A DNA stretch of 64,000 nt from Tubulanus polymorphus (taxonomy: Eukaryota > Animalia > Nemertea), in the NCBI RefSeq assembly GCF_964204645.1, contig NC_134026.1:15038150-15102149 (forward strand), in the 5' to 3' direction. Shown one piece after another: positions 13,154 to 27,149 of the stretch. The notes under the pieces are model-generated. The model was not told where the DNA came from, did not search any database, and saw nothing but the letters and a program-made list of their open reading frames with translations. Each line of letters opens with the position of its first letter. Within the stretch, counting starts at the first letter, position 1. The position numbers were made by a program, and so were the translations under genes.

Positions 13154-13947
13154 TGTAGCTGCAAAGCAGCGATAACGGGTTTTCCGCAAATCCATTCAGG
13201 GTGACGGGAAAGGTAGAAAATGTAAATACCGATACATAGAATAAAATGCATTGACAGATTCGAACATAATATGCAACGTCAAATGTGATTCAGCTTTGAA
13301 ACTTACGCGGACGCACAATCAACAAATATGAATTTATTCGACCGGGCATTCATTTTGGCATTAAAACTTTATGATACTGAACACGCTTTAACAATGGGTC
13401 TGTTCTAAAGAACTCATCTTAAGAATCCGCTGAGTCGATTAGTTGAGTAAATTTACAGATAATAACGTATTATGATTTGGAATAGATTTAAGGAGTTAAT
13501 CTTTGTATTGAATATTTGAATAAATACATATATTGTAGTAGATTCAATCAATAAATTATGATTTGATTTTAAACTATGCCTGCAACATGTCAGTAAATAT
13601 CTAACCTATTCGACTAGTTACGTGCGTTTCCAAATAAACGGGACAATCACTCTTAATTGTTAGAAAAGTAATCTTCATTTCGTTATAGATATTCATTACC
13701 TTTTTGAAAATTCTACAATAATATTTGTTCTGTCCTAATTTCAATTACTGTATGAACCAATGATATGCTATGTAAATATGATGTAATAAAATAAGTTTAA
13801 ATTTGAATTAAATTTGAATATGAGAATTAAGCATAACTTGTGTTCTTTCCACTTGTCTTACTTTTCTTTCGATAACAGTTCCAGAGTTTCAATTACAATC
13901 AAATCCAAATTGGCTAAAAGGTACATCGGACTAAATGAAATGAACTG

Positions 13948-14835
13948 TACAGCGTTCATAGCCTCAAGACCAATCAAAATTCAAGGCCGTTCGTGGAGCA
14001 CATTCAAGGCTTTTTACACCCATGAAAAGCATTTTTACGGCAATATTTCTTCGCTTCATCCATTCAAAAACAATCAAAATAGCTTCAACAGGGTTGATTG
14101 TGACACTGATGACCCGAATTCTCTGATATTTACCGACACAGCCAACTACAGCAACTTTAAAAAAATTTGATAATTTCAATTTTGAGCCCGTGACCGAATG
14201 ACTACACTTATGACTTTTTAATTAGTTGAAGTACAGATTTTTCACGTAGAATCTTGGAAATGTAACGGAAAAAATGAGTGTGAAAACTATATTGGGTTGA
14301 ATTCAAATGATGGGAGCAAACTTACTTTTTGCAAATAAAATTAAGATGGAAATACCACGAAAAAAATCTCTTGTAATTAAACCTGATGAAAACACAACCT
14401 TTATCAGCCAGATGTTTTTGTTGGGATTTCAGAGGGGATCCATGGTCCAAGTCAATTGACATCATCTCCGTGAAAAGCGCTATACATGCATCAATCACAC
14501 ACAACTGAATGATGATTCATCATGAATATATATAGTAGTGGGTTTTCCCCAATGACTCAAATAGACACCTACTGTACAACATAGGTCTCCAAGGATGAAA
14601 AAGAAACCAATACGATGTATATACCATGCATTAGACATCGTAACGCTGTTATCCAAATTTCCACCATTACAAAAAAACAATCATAAATCTACAGATTTGC
14701 AACATTTTCGAAATTAAAGGCCCTAAAATCAATTTTCAAGACCAAAGTGCTGAATTCAAGGCTTTTCAAGGCCTTGAATTTCCTTTTGACAATTCAAGCC
14801 TATTCACGGATTTCAAGGCCCGCTACGACCCAAGG
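13948..14835. mobile_element. MITE with ATTCAAGG subterminal repeats
   Basis: Absent from the homologous repeat copy near 60250; ends cagcgttcatagc / gctacgaccc; repeated ttcaaggc motifs. Confidence 0.5.
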
Positions 14836-15124
14836 CCCGTTAGTCACTGCAAACCTATTCCAGTGTTATGTCGATCGTGTTGAATCACTTTGCTTGAGTT
14901 GAAAGAATCAGATCTTCTATCATATGATGCAACATCGGCCGAAGAGAGTTGTTGGTGTTAACTGCCCTTAACCATTTGATTTCCTGTGTTTGACATTGGA
15001 ATCCGCATAAACCCATTTGAACTGCAAAATATTCATAAAACATGAAAAACTATATTGTAAACAATACATGTATACAGTTTTCAAACATTCAACGATTTTG
15101 GATATTTGAATGAACGTTAGGCTT

Positions 15125-15545
15125 TAATAGAACGATAACCACACTATTTACAGATAAAAAGAATTTAAAAACAAGAATTTATTTATTCAATCTAAAATAT
15201 ATGTAAGACACGACGTTTCGATCTCACCCTAGAGATCATCGTCAAGTGTGAGATAAAGACTAAAAACAGGGGTATATACAGAGGAGAACAGGTTAATTGA
15301 GTAAATTGGTGAGTGAGTAAATAATTAGTGTTTGGCAAGGCATGAAGTAATATACTTAGAAAGAAGTAAATTGTGCGGAGAAAAGCCATTATTCAAATTG
15401 GTACTAATATCTGAGTGACGAGTAATTAGGGCAGACTCAACTATGTGGCGTTTAGTGTAATTGCTGGAAGTATAAATAATTTCGGCTTCATCAAAATTAA
15501 AACGATGACCAATGTCTGTAAATAGTGGGTTTTTATCTTGTGAGG
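15125..15545 (-). mobile_element. Penelope-like element 3' fragment with a short inverted tail
   Basis: 15140-15510 is a reverse-complement homolog of about 29500-29872; tctgtaaatagtggg repeated in the opposite orientation near 15515; absent from the homologous host repeat near 59975. Confidence 0.75.
15208..15249 (-). ncRNA. Minimal type I hammerhead ribozyme, variant core (UUGACGA)
   Basis: Minus strand ACAC-TTGACGA-T-GATCTC-tagggt-GAGATC-GAAA-CG-TC-GTGT. Confidence 0.6.
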
Positions 15546-16050
15546 CTTTAATTTCAATATTCTAAAGCAGGAAATAAATAAGCCCAATCAATAGGCCGTA
15601 GCTATTCCCATTGTTATAATGCGTATAGCTGTACCGTACAGTTATCAGTCAAGGACTAGAAATCGGTATAGGCCTTTATGCTGTGGTATACAAGCCGTGA
15701 CCACACGAAGCATTTGGAACTAGGCTTGAATATATGTCAGCCGGTCAGACAAGGCCTTAGCAAAATTTAATCGCAGGGCTCAATCAATTAGCATTTCTGC
15801 GTGTGAATACTTCATCGTATTGTTTGAACAAAATCGAGTGAATAGTGCAATAGACTGAATTAGACTTTAGGCTAGTCCTGACCAAATCCTATCCGATGAG
15901 AGGGAAAAAATGTGTGTTTGTAGTACGTAGGCATGGTAGGCTTATCGTACTCGCTTAATACTTAAAACGCTGGAGTTACCCGTACGTGACTGCACGATAA
16001 TTTCCACAGGTTAGCTGTATGCGAGTACGTTGACGCTCTGACTAGCAACA

Positions 16051-16115
16051 TTGGGATTCGAAACCAAATGAAAAAAAAATTCAACAGTAGTCCAGTGATT
16101 TACCAACTGAGCCAC
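16051..16115 (-). mobile_element. tRNA-derived SINE head remnant
   Basis: A box TGGCTCAGTTGG and B-box-like GGTTTCGAATCCC on the minus strand; no full cloverleaf. Confidence 0.45.
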
Positions 16116-16964
16116 AGAACGCAACTGCAAGGTTGATGAAAGTTAATTTACATATAGCCTCACCTAACCTAAACCCTATTCTTCCACGCATGTGCATAAG
16201 TAGATTATAGGAACTTACGTAGGGTTAACCTACGGAGATCACCGTACAGTCACGTACGGGTAACAACTTCGTACTTAACATGGTATTGGCTACTATAATA
16301 GGCCCAAGATCAATAACAACAAGATAGACATATAAATACCGGTGCGGTAGGCTCACTTGGTTTCCACACTTCATAACCGAACCAACTGACCAACCGTTAT
16401 AATTATTTTTGTCCCAGTAAGCACCAACCGGCACAGGCCTAACACATTTTGTCAACTGTGTTTTCCGGTAGGCTATGGATAATCATCTGATTCTTTTCTG
16501 TCGTTTCTTTTCTCTCTGAAGCTGAATTGTATGAATGTAGTCGAACGTTACTCTAGACCCGCGACTCAGCGACCTTGGCTTACAAATTTGATCAAATCAA
16601 AAATTATTTATTGACACCTTTGGTTACATGAACAGATCGGCGATATACTTAAATAAAATAGCCGCTATAACAAGAAAACGACGATATAAAAGAGGTAACA
16701 ACAAACAAATGCCCGTAAACCTGTAGGACTCGCGTACGCCGGACTCGTGAAATCTTGGACTCGGACCTGATATTCTCGGTGCATTCCTCTTTTGGACGAA
16801 TAATCGGTTCAGGTTCAATTCGATTCACAGCAACCTAGTAACTAATGTTAAGTTTCAAATCGGATAGACAGTACATTTTACAATGTACGCATTTCTTTCA
16901 CGTCAAGCTGTCAGTTGCCGAATCTCAATGAAGGTGGATTTTATTTGACGAAAATAGGCGGAAA

Positions 16965-16970
16965 ATGAAT

Positions 16971-17007
<37 letters not shown>

Positions 17008-17340
17008 GTAATAACAGTAATAACAGTAATAACAGTAATAACAGTAATAACAGTAATAACAGTAATAACAGTAATAACAGTATTAACAGTATTAACAGTA
17101 TTAACAGTATTAACAGTATTAACAGTATTAACAGTATTAACAGTATTAACAGTATTAACAGTATTAACAGTATTAACAGTATTAACAGTATTAACAGTAG
17201 CCGTAGCCGTAGCCGTTGCAGTAGTATTAATAGTATTAATAGTATTAATAGTATTAATAGTATTAATAGTAGCCGTAGCAGTAGCAGTAGCAGTAGCAAA
17301 CAAACAAACAAACAAACAAATAATAATAATAATAATAATT
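16965..17340. repeat. Compound microsatellite (AAT)n/(AACAGTAAT)n/(AACAGTATT)n/(AATAGTATT)n/(AAAC)n
   Basis: Directly visible. Confidence 0.95.
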
Positions 17341-18516
17341 GTGCTACTACGTGCATGTGCTACTACGCGCAAAGTACTAATGTGCCAGGTTTTGGGGGAA
17401 ATAACAGTAACAGTTTAAGCGCATATTCGGTTATTATTAGTTCCGAAAAAAGTCGAATAGATAAGAAAACCGAATTTGGCCCAAAGCACAAATTTGGCCT
17501 ATAGGGTAAACTATGCAGGAGGGAAGGCCTTATAGTGTTACTATTAGTACAGGAGTGACAAGTCAGTCTGACAAGTCAAGCGATCAGATGGGGACTACAA
17601 TTCACATATGAAATTGACGTCCAATAACCATTATAGAAATATAATCACGAACGGTACCATCACTCCCCATTACTGACTGTCACTGGTCTCTGGCTAGCAA
17701 TCATTCTTTATCGGTGCAGTGGGTAGGTATTTTCATCTGACTTTGTTCTTCTATGACATTACCATCGCCGCTGCGTCACGATGTGATGTACATGTACAAG
17801 GGACCTCCAAATTGTAATGTATGTGATGTATAAACTGACTTTAGACCGTTTAATATCGACGATAACAAGGTATCACCGACGCTGACATTTTCTGACGCTA
17901 ACTAGTATGACCCGGACCAATTCAATTCAATTAAGAAAACATGTACCGGTAAAATAAATAAATAAACCGCTATCCACGAACAAAACTATACTATTATAGA
18001 ATGTTTAAAAGGAACTGCTTTTTATAACAGTATGAATAAACTTACTTCACAAACAAGGAAGTACATTTTTAACTTGTGAATGGTCGAACCCCAGTTATTC
18101 ATAGTAACCTGTGATTTGGATATTCTCGGAGCATTCCTTCTTTATTTATTTATGAAATGACGTCACAAACTTTCAGATTCGTGGCAGTATACGCGCCATG
18201 ATTGAAGATTGCTATTTCCACCGGTGTAATCTTTAAGTAACTTCAAGTTTAAAATAGGAAGCACAGTACATCCATAGAAACTACGCGCAGAAAGAGACTG
18301 TTATATTAATATCAGAGTTTAACATTTCGTTTCATAGTTGTTAGTAGTAAAATCTAATAGAAGATCATTTTTACGTGACGAAACTCAGTGGAAAATATGT
18401 AAATAATAATCAGCAGGAATCCAATAGGGTTTCTGCCGAGGCAGCAGAAACCCTAATAATAGTAATAATCTACATAATTGCAAAAGGGTTTTCGACGAAA
18501 GACAGAAAACCCTAAT

Positions 18517-20900
18517 AATTGAATAGTGCATAAGTTGAGTTCAAACTGGCATTAAATTGGAAATGACACAATCAACTAATTTGTTGCGAGAGCGACGATG
18601 GTTGTTATCCATAACATAACCGTAGTGTCTCCCGTAAATACTAGCTCTTACGATGTCGCCGTCACAATGGAATTTTTTGGAGATATCGTCAGAGCCAAAC
18701 AACAAATATAAACTTTTTATCACAGTTGAAAAGAATATCATACTCTCTTCCGAATTCCTTACAGATCCTATACATTTGTCCTAAACCATAAATACCCGGA
18801 GTTATTATACTTAAATCATCCGCAAATGACGGTGACCCAACAAATTTATGATCAGTACAATTAGATTTGTCACAGAACAGAAGCTCAGTAGATATTCTGA
18901 CTCTTTCTAAGTTATTATCTAATTGCTTTTCAGGTTTTCACTTCGATGAAAATGGTCAATAAAACCTTTTTTTATTGATTTAACCTTCAAAATTATAATC
19001 TATATCATACTTGGTGTCACAGGCTATCAAACTTTCATCTTTTATGAGCTCCTTCAATAAAACCGGATGAACCGATTAATTTATAGAAAGATTTGTATTT
19101 AAGTCATCGCCAATGACAATGATATCGAAGGCATATTTTATGCATATTTCTTGAGATTTCATTTTAAATCGATTTATATTCCGAAATATTCTCTACGTCA
19201 GGTGGTGGACAGTCACATGGCATATATAGACATGATATAAGCATATTCATATTGTTAAATTCAACAGCTATACAACACAGGCGTTTAGACTCCGTTTCAA
19301 TGATTTTAGTTGTTTTTTAAGGAGTTTTTCCTTAAGATACCACAACCTCCATATGGCCTACCCTGAGATAAAACTTGGGATGGCATGCCAGATATCAGAT
19401 TAGAGGTAACATTCTTCATTTTAAAGAATTCGTAAAGGAGCTAAATTGCTCTCAGTGTTCTTGAATCAGTACAATGTCACTTTTTTCAAGTAATTCATCG
19501 ATAAAATTACATCTGCCCGGGCCTAAACCATCCAAGTTATATGAATTAATAACTAAAGCCATTGTAAGCGTTAGGAGGTTAAATACGCTAATCATCATTG
19601 TAGTTTCTCGGTTTTCGGTATGGTCTAATTTTCACGCCAAGTGGCCATAAAGATTCATCAAATAATTCGGAAAACTGTGATTTAGGCACCTTTAAATGAT
19701 TTAAACTTTGCCTCATCATGCGAGACACACTCTAATAACTTCAGCTTTAATCCATGGTCACGCAAATAGGTTTGTAAGGCACAAGACGAAGATATTTTAT
19801 TCACTCTATATATGAAGTCATTATTTGGTTCAGGAGCTCCGACGAACCCAGTCGTTCCATTGACATTTAGTCCTGTCACGATTTTTCTTTCCTTCCTGTC
19901 TCGTTTTTTTCTTTCTTGGTATTGGAATTGGTATCCCGAGTTTAATAAAGAGTTGGAACTATAATGTCAAAAAGTATCATTCGGTATGTCTAGAACTCGG
20001 GTGTCCAATAGATTACCTCCGCGCCCTCATGCGCCACGTCCTCTACATCTTAGTGTTGATGTGCCATTATCCCGAGGAACAGGGAGATAATCGCTACCGG
20101 GAGGTAGCTTACTATTATCGGTTCCCGCGCTTATGCGAATTTTCGGAACATCGTTAACATACCCGTAGTTACGCTAGCATAAGATCGGATTATCATTCGA
20201 AGATAAATGTAGTTTAGTGTTGATTTCAGATAAATCTTTCTGCATTTTTGCTATTGTTCTTTTCAATGCCGCTATTGAGGAAAGCCAATGGAGTATTTCT
20301 AACCGTGATTGATAAATCATCTAGCTCCTCCGCTTTATGTTTCGGAAGGAGACCTATTTCTCGAGCATCGACCACAATTTTAGGAATGTTACCCGCACTT
20401 TCTAGTTCCTTAAGTGCGGTTATAATATCTTGGCATTGTGCTATTTCTTGATTACGTTTATTCGAATATTGGCGCCTATAATAATCAAGTATGACTCTAG
20501 AATCTGCGTGATGCCATAGCTTATGTTTAGTTTCTTTAATGAATTGAAGTGAAAAATGTTCAGTTACGGTCTTAATTATGTTAACAGGTGTTCCACATTC
20601 TAATCCATAAAGTATATATGATAAGACGTTATCCATTATAACTTCGTCGATCGCCAGGAAAGAATCCTGAGATTTTGCGCCATCGTCAAATTCGGTGGAA
20701 TTACTGCCGGTATTATTTTCCGTATTCATAACTTCAGAATTAATAGACCCGTTTTGTAGAAATCGACTTCTTTCACATTCGTCACATGAGAGCAAATCAC
20801 CCGGGCATCATTCTCCACCGTTTGCTTTGAACCGAATAGGCACTTAAGTGTTCACCGGACCAGCACACGAAGGCATGCTGGCTAATCCTGCTTACTACTC
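18517..20900 (-). pseudogene. CR1/L2-clade LINE: ORF1, APE endonuclease remnant and RT fragment
   Basis: ORF1 20226-20795 (NVLSYI..IKETKHKLW..RR..S..DII.AL..L...P.IV) and C-terminal part FKSFK..LWPLGVKIRPY; endonuclease remnants NSYN..G, PYGG, YMPCD; YDILFN near 18730; most of the RT core appears deleted. Confidence 0.7.
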
Positions 20901-22402
20901 AGAAATCTCCGTCAGTCCGAGTGCATTCTATATACATGCATTATAATGGCGACGTCATGAGCGTGCAATTCAATACAAGAATCAGTCCAGAATCCATATC
21001 GTACTAATATTCCAAATACACAAAACCGACAAGGTCTGACGTCTGCTTGGAAGGTAGGCGCTGCAGGTGCGCTTCTCATTGATTGCGGCCTAACCTTCTT
21101 CAGAAATGTGTCCCTGTCAGTGCCGGTTGCAGCATAGATTTATCCTGACCAAGCTGCTCGTCCATAAACAGGGTCTAAGGATTCCCTGGTTTCCTTCTTT
21201 CACGAAGTTCATCAACATTTCACATGTGATGTTTGTGCCAGCATCTCTGTTTGCCGAAACTAAGCTGCGCCAATTTGAAAAAATGAAATGGCAATTTGGT
21301 CACTAAGCGTTTCATATTCTCAGAAAATCCAGGAAATAAAGGTACGCACTGCGTTAACGTTAACGTCTAGAAGACATAGTTGTACTCGGGTAGAAAGAGG
21401 GGGGATCGTCCAATGCCTCGGTGTTGCCTTAAAACGTGGCAAATTCAGAGCCTTGTTGACATATAACATAACAAACATAACTTAGTGTCTTTTAACTATA
21501 GCGCCTTTCCACAATACGTGTTCAAAGCGCTATCTCCTTGGTGGTGGAGTGATCTTTAAACAGCCAGAACTTTAACATGGTTTTGAAACTGTCAACGGAC
21601 TGTAAAAATGGCGTGTTTTGGTTCGCGGTACACATACACGACACGATGCCGACACGCTCGTAATAGCTGTCTCGTTCCTCGAGAGCTTAAAAAATAATTG
21701 ATGATTTTAAACCAATATTAAAAAATCTGGATTTAATATAACTGAAAAAGGTGCTACACTTTTAGCACCAAATTTGATAGAATTAAATGGTGATTGTTAT
21801 TGGCATTGGAACGATAACTATTATTTTGAGATATCTTCTAATAAAAGTCGTGATTAAATTAAATGAAGTCATGACTTTGGTTAAATAAGAGCAATCTAGA
21901 ATTAAAATAATAAGTAATAATAATGATATAACTGATGTTTCAGCACAAGAAATAAATGAAAATAGAGGCATATTTAATCGAAGAAATTGTGATTTTTTTT
22001 AAGATAAATAATGAAAATTAAGAACCAGAAACAATTCCTAACGAAGTTATTAATTAAAAATCCAGTAGACTTGTATCAACGGAAGCTCAAACTGAAAAAC
22101 TTTTACCGGAAGGGATTTCGGATACAACGGATCAAGAAATAGAAGATTTAAATAACTATTTTTATGATAAAGGGATTAGAGAAATTGAAGGTATAAGAAA
22201 TGAAGCTGATAAAATTGTACACGAAATAAGGATAAGAGATCAGAAAATTGTGACTTTAAAAGATGAATTATTTAAATCAAATAAAGAATTAGAACAATTA
22301 AAATGAGATAGAGATTAAAAAAAAGTTATTGAAGAAATTGAATTTAAAAAAAGAAATGCATATTAAGAAGAAGAAATTGATGATTTAAAATACAATATAG
22401 AA

Positions 22403-22502
22403 ATATAGCTGCTAAGCAGCGATGACGGGTTTTCTGCAAAGCCATTCAGAATGATGGGAATTGTAGTAAATTGAAATGCCGATACATAGAATAAAGTGCA
22501 TC
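22403..22502. mobile_element. Terminal fragment of the same Helentron-like family
   Basis: atagctgctaagcagcgatgacgggttttctgcaaagccattcag matches 13156 and the reverse complement at 61683. Confidence 0.7.
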
Positions 22503-24420
22503 TGTGAAGATGAAACCGAGAACTCAGAAAGTAATTGAATATCTCGGCAATAAGGAATTAAGTCAAAAGAATTTTAAAAAGCTAAAAAAAAGATGAAAGT
22601 AATGTTATTTCTACTCCTTCTAAATTATTTAAATAATATTTTTATCATTTAACTGGATTTGTAATTGTAATCATTTTGATCCGTTGGAATTGGTATAAAA
22701 AATCGAATAAAATTTATGTTGTTAATAATTCTGAAACTTCGGCTGTTAAAAACGAAAAAACTACCGAAATACCAAAATTCACTATAAAGAAAATGGATTA
22801 ATATTCAAGGTAAAAGCCAAAAAATAATCAATTTTATTTATAATATTTCTATTTTTACTCCATTAAATATCTCATTACTTTTCTCTATGATAATATAATT
22901 TATGTTGCTGTCGTAGATTTTCATCTGTTTAGAATGAGAAATAGGTGTGAGAGGAAAGCAGTTAGAATTTAATATGAGACGCAATTTTCTCTAATTTTTC
23001 TTACGATCACGCCTAGTGAATTTATCATTTTCATCATATTTGTCAATAAAAGTAACATGAATTAATATTAAATAATGTTAACCTTTTTAATGAGTAAAAG
23101 TAACGTGGTATCTACAGACACAATGACCTCTTGGTAAAATCATTTTATCAACTACTAATATTTGGAAAAACTCCTTTTTCTATTTTTTTTTCTTTTGCTA
23201 TTTTCAATAGTTCGGTATCCGGTCATTTAAGTGCTAAAACAACCAGATGAGGTAGTCTCCCTATGAAGATTGTTTGATTTAAAAGAAAAAAAATATATAA
23301 ATAAAATATATTTTAAGATAAATATTGAGTACCTAAATACAATTTCTTGCAGGTAATGAATCGTTCCAAAGACAAATATCATGATCTCGTCCGATAAAAT
23401 GGAAAAATTGAATCCGCTCAAAAGTAAATTCAGTTAGCATTCATCCTGGGAGCATACTTGGAGGTGAGTCACAAGTTTTAAACTGATACGATTGAAATAA
23501 CAAGCCACGACCTTTTCTTTGATTCCTATATTTCAGGACGTTAACCTGGGAATGTTGGATATTGTAATTTATAACTTGATGACCTAGAATCCTGCTGAAA
23601 ATGATGCATAGATGTCTTATGTTGAAAACAAATGAAAATTATATTGATTAAATGAATAAAGTAACCTACCTAGTTATCTAATTTCTGCGAAAGTGGATGT
23701 GGTTGTTAACTTTGAATTATACTCTAAAACCATTGACATCCTTCATTGTTTTTCGTGTTCTACATAATTTCTTCATTTATCGATGCTTTTTCCCACGGAA
23801 ATCCCTCTGTTGTACTAGAAATCCATTCACAAATGTTTATTCAGGTACCCGGGCACTTCATAATTTTGATCGCTGCCCTTTTTGTGGAGTACCCTGTATA
23901 GAACATTGTTGTGTATTCTTTGGAAATTGATATTGATTATACAGGTAAATGTACGATTTTCCAAGTGTGGCATATGTCACACGGTGGTTATTGACTACGC
24001 GCTCTTTCACCAAACTGTGCGTTTTGTCACACGGTGGCAAGTACAGATTTTTGCTGCATGTATCCAAGAATAGGAATGGGATAGAAGAAGCCTTGCGTCA
24101 CCAGAAAATGTCGCTGCAGTGCATTGGTTAATATGCTGTTTATCAAAAAGTATGTACATTTGCCACATTTTGTTTCATGTGTCGAATCTATTACCATTGG
24201 CCCGTGCTTGTCAGTGCAACTAATGATAACATGGAATTGAATTGCTACTACAGCAGGCATCCATGTCGATTCGTATATTCTGTACCGTTAAACAATACTA
24301 CACGATCAATGAATCATATTTTCAGACACACTTATCATATCGCTCTAACGGCCTTCGTCGATATTCCCGTAATTATGAACCGGAGCATAATAGCGCCCCT
24401 CACGGTAGTCGACATTTCAA

Positions 24421-26243
24421 ACTAGGGGTGCAGGGACACCAAATGCTTCAAATGCTCAACAATCAAACAATTTCAATATTCAACGCCCCCTGGTGATACT
24501 ATACAAAAACCGATGACCTTGAAACTTACCAGATTAATGGCACATGTCAGCAGATACAATTTTTCAATCGGTTGTGAAAACAATATATGCCTCGGCACCA
24601 ATATAATATGGAAATACTAAGTAATTCTACTATTCAACGCCCCCATATGCAAAACCTAAAAACCTTAAAACTCACCACAGTCATGGAACCTGTTGTCACG
24701 ACCGAATGCGTTTCATGTAACCCGGTAGGGTAGTTCGTGTCCTTCACTCTGCCGATATCTTTCATATTCTATCAACCGTTACAATATCGGTTATTATATA
24801 TTTCTCTGGTTCAATTTGTAACACGCATTTCGCCATAAGCCTGCGTGTGTACACTTATGCAATGACGAGCGTGGTTGTGGTCGCGTTGTGGGGTAAGTTC
24901 GATATTTTTCTTACACTATTTCCTTGATAGTTTGAGGGTTTTCCTCTTATATTTTCCCTTGTTTAATATTCTCGAATATTCTATGATAATATGGAAAAGT
25001 TAAATATTGAATATTCAGACGGAGTTGCAGTTGAATAGTTTTATCAATCCTATAATTGTTTAATTTGTTGCTAGAATCTAGATATAAGATTCAGAAAGTT
25101 TTAACTGTTTTAACCATTTAACTGTTAATAGATATAGATAGTTAAGACGTAACTTTAGGATTATGATAATGAATTGCATTTAACTTAGATTATTGCATTT
25201 TTGGTAAGTTCCAGAATTGTTTCCACTTCATATCTTATAGTGTACGTCTAGTGGTGTACCGTACTTATCATCGGCTGCCGGCGCCGATAGTCTTGTTCGT
25301 CGGCTGCCAGTGCCGCGCGATCCTGTATCGACCCGTAATGATGGTGGTTGTAACCAGGAGTATTCAACCGATATCGTAATCATCGGCTGCCAGTGCCGAT
25401 AGTTTTGTTCGTCGGCGGCCAGTGCCGGTCCTGTATCGACCCGTAATGATGGTGGTTGTAACCTTGGGTATTCAACTGATACCGTAATCATCAGTGCCGA
25501 GAGTCTTGTTCTTCGGCTGCCAGTGCCGAGAGTCTTGATCACCGTTCATAGGCCACAAGTTGCCAACGATCATGTGTGAATTGTGATTTAAGTATTGCGT
25601 GTGATTGTACATAGTGTAATAACCTTGTATTCGTTTTTTGTTTAAATCCGGCTTCCGTTTTCGGTATTGAGGCATTCGGTCACATTACTCGTGACACATG
25701 TCTTGAGCTACAATGTAGCAATCGATTATGGTAACAAAATATACCAAGGTACAAATATGATATCGAAACTAAGTTATTGTATTATTCAACTCCCCTGGTG
25801 CCCATGTACAAAAACCGAAGATCTTGAAAATCACCACAATCATAGACCATGTCATGAGCTGCAACTTTGCAGTTGATTGTGGTAACAAAATGTGCCTAGG
25901 TATTAATATAATGTGGAAAGACATTTTTCCACCTACGAATGAGTACTGATGACACAAAAATGGCCACCAGTTGCGTGAAAATTGACAGAACTCAGAATTC
26001 AGGCCAAAACAGACATTTTTGTGCACAAATAGGTCACACGACGTCCATCTTGAGTCCGATGGACCCAATTTTTCTTATGCTGATGGGCCCTTGGGGGATA
26101 AATATGCATATGAAAGATCAATATAATTGATCAAAGCGTCTTCAAAATTTCCCTCGAAAACTTGAAATATGTGTAAAAAGTGCTGATTTTGGCGAGCACC
26201 AACGGCTCCGTCTATAGACGAACGGACGGACGGACGACGGTCA
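24421..26243 (-). mobile_element. HINE/DINE-1-like element with ~120-bp internal subrepeats, interrupted by a solo LTR
   Basis: actaggggtgcagggacacc matches the reverse complement of 61057-61076; (GGAC)n microsatellite near 26225; homology with 60580-60950. Confidence 0.6.
24694..25696 (+). mobile_element. Solo LTR, about 1.0 kb
   Basis: TGTCACGA...TCGTGACA inverted termini; 5-bp TSD cctgt/catgt (1 mismatch); AATAAA near 25618; internal ~115-bp duplication. Confidence 0.7.
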
Positions 26244-27149
26244 ATCAGGGTCAATCCCCATTTTAAGATCAAAACATGCTGCCACGATCGTACAAGACAC
26301 CGGCTACGAATGTCTTACTGGCAGAACCGAGCCTATACTTTTTGAGAAGGATCACTCTCTCGCTATTAGCGCATCGGGCTGACGTCATTTCCAGTCGATT
26401 GACATTGTCGTTATTTGCATCAATGTTGGTCGAGCACGGATTCGGGTTTTCCTGTGCCATATTTTTAGGCGGGAAAACGGTATGAAAACAGAGCTTGGAA
26501 AATCAAATTTTGAGACGATGTTTCGCTCTAGCCGGCGCTATTATGATATGGTAATAGTGCTTGTGTAGTGTGGTGTGGTGTTTTCGTCCATTTCGACCAT
26601 TTCCGAACGGTTTCGGTAAATGTTTAAGCACTATGTGCCGGTTTCAAACAATTGAAACACATTTTTTGCGTGTGATAGCGAAGTTACGATCGATAGCACT
26701 CAAAAAGCATTGATAGATTCGGTAGTTCTGACCATATTATACACACAAATTCGGTTTCGGTGTACTGACGAACATTTTGGGTGGTCATCGAATTATATCC
26801 CGCGTTTTCGCCTACACGTTCACCTAAAAGTAATTACAAAATGGCGTTTTTCAGATCAGAGGTCGAGGGTTCGACAAATCACTCGCCACCACTCGTCCAC
26901 ACAAGTAATTTTTTCTATATAAATGGGAGACATTCTTGGCTTCAATAAATAATAGAATAAAACCAACAAAAAACAATATGAAATGAAAAAAATTAGTCGA
27001 TGTTTCACAAGAAATCGAACATAAAATATTAAAATAAGAAAAATTAAAACTAAATATGGTAAAAAGTATCAGCAAATTAGAAAATAAAAATAAGTTTTAA
27101 AAAATCTAATCTTTTTTTGCTTTTTTTTCCTGACATAATCAAACTTTTT

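Larger units (their letters stand above)
13154..18516 (-). mobile_element. Non-autonomous Helentron-like repeat with nested insertions
   Basis: Ends tagctgcaaagcagcgat (13156) and hairpin gggttttc...gaaaaccctaa (18485-18515); inserted at AA/TT without TSD; 13154-15610 and 16125-16760 are reverse-complement homologs of 61684-59925 and 54092-53340. Confidence 0.65.

Noticed and set aside
16941-17504. Three long ORFs (poly-N/S/I, poly-L, TVN repeats)
   Set aside because: Products of a stop-free microsatellite
23690-24500. Cluster of short overlapping ORFs as a host gene
   Set aside because: No recognisable motif or consistent exon structure
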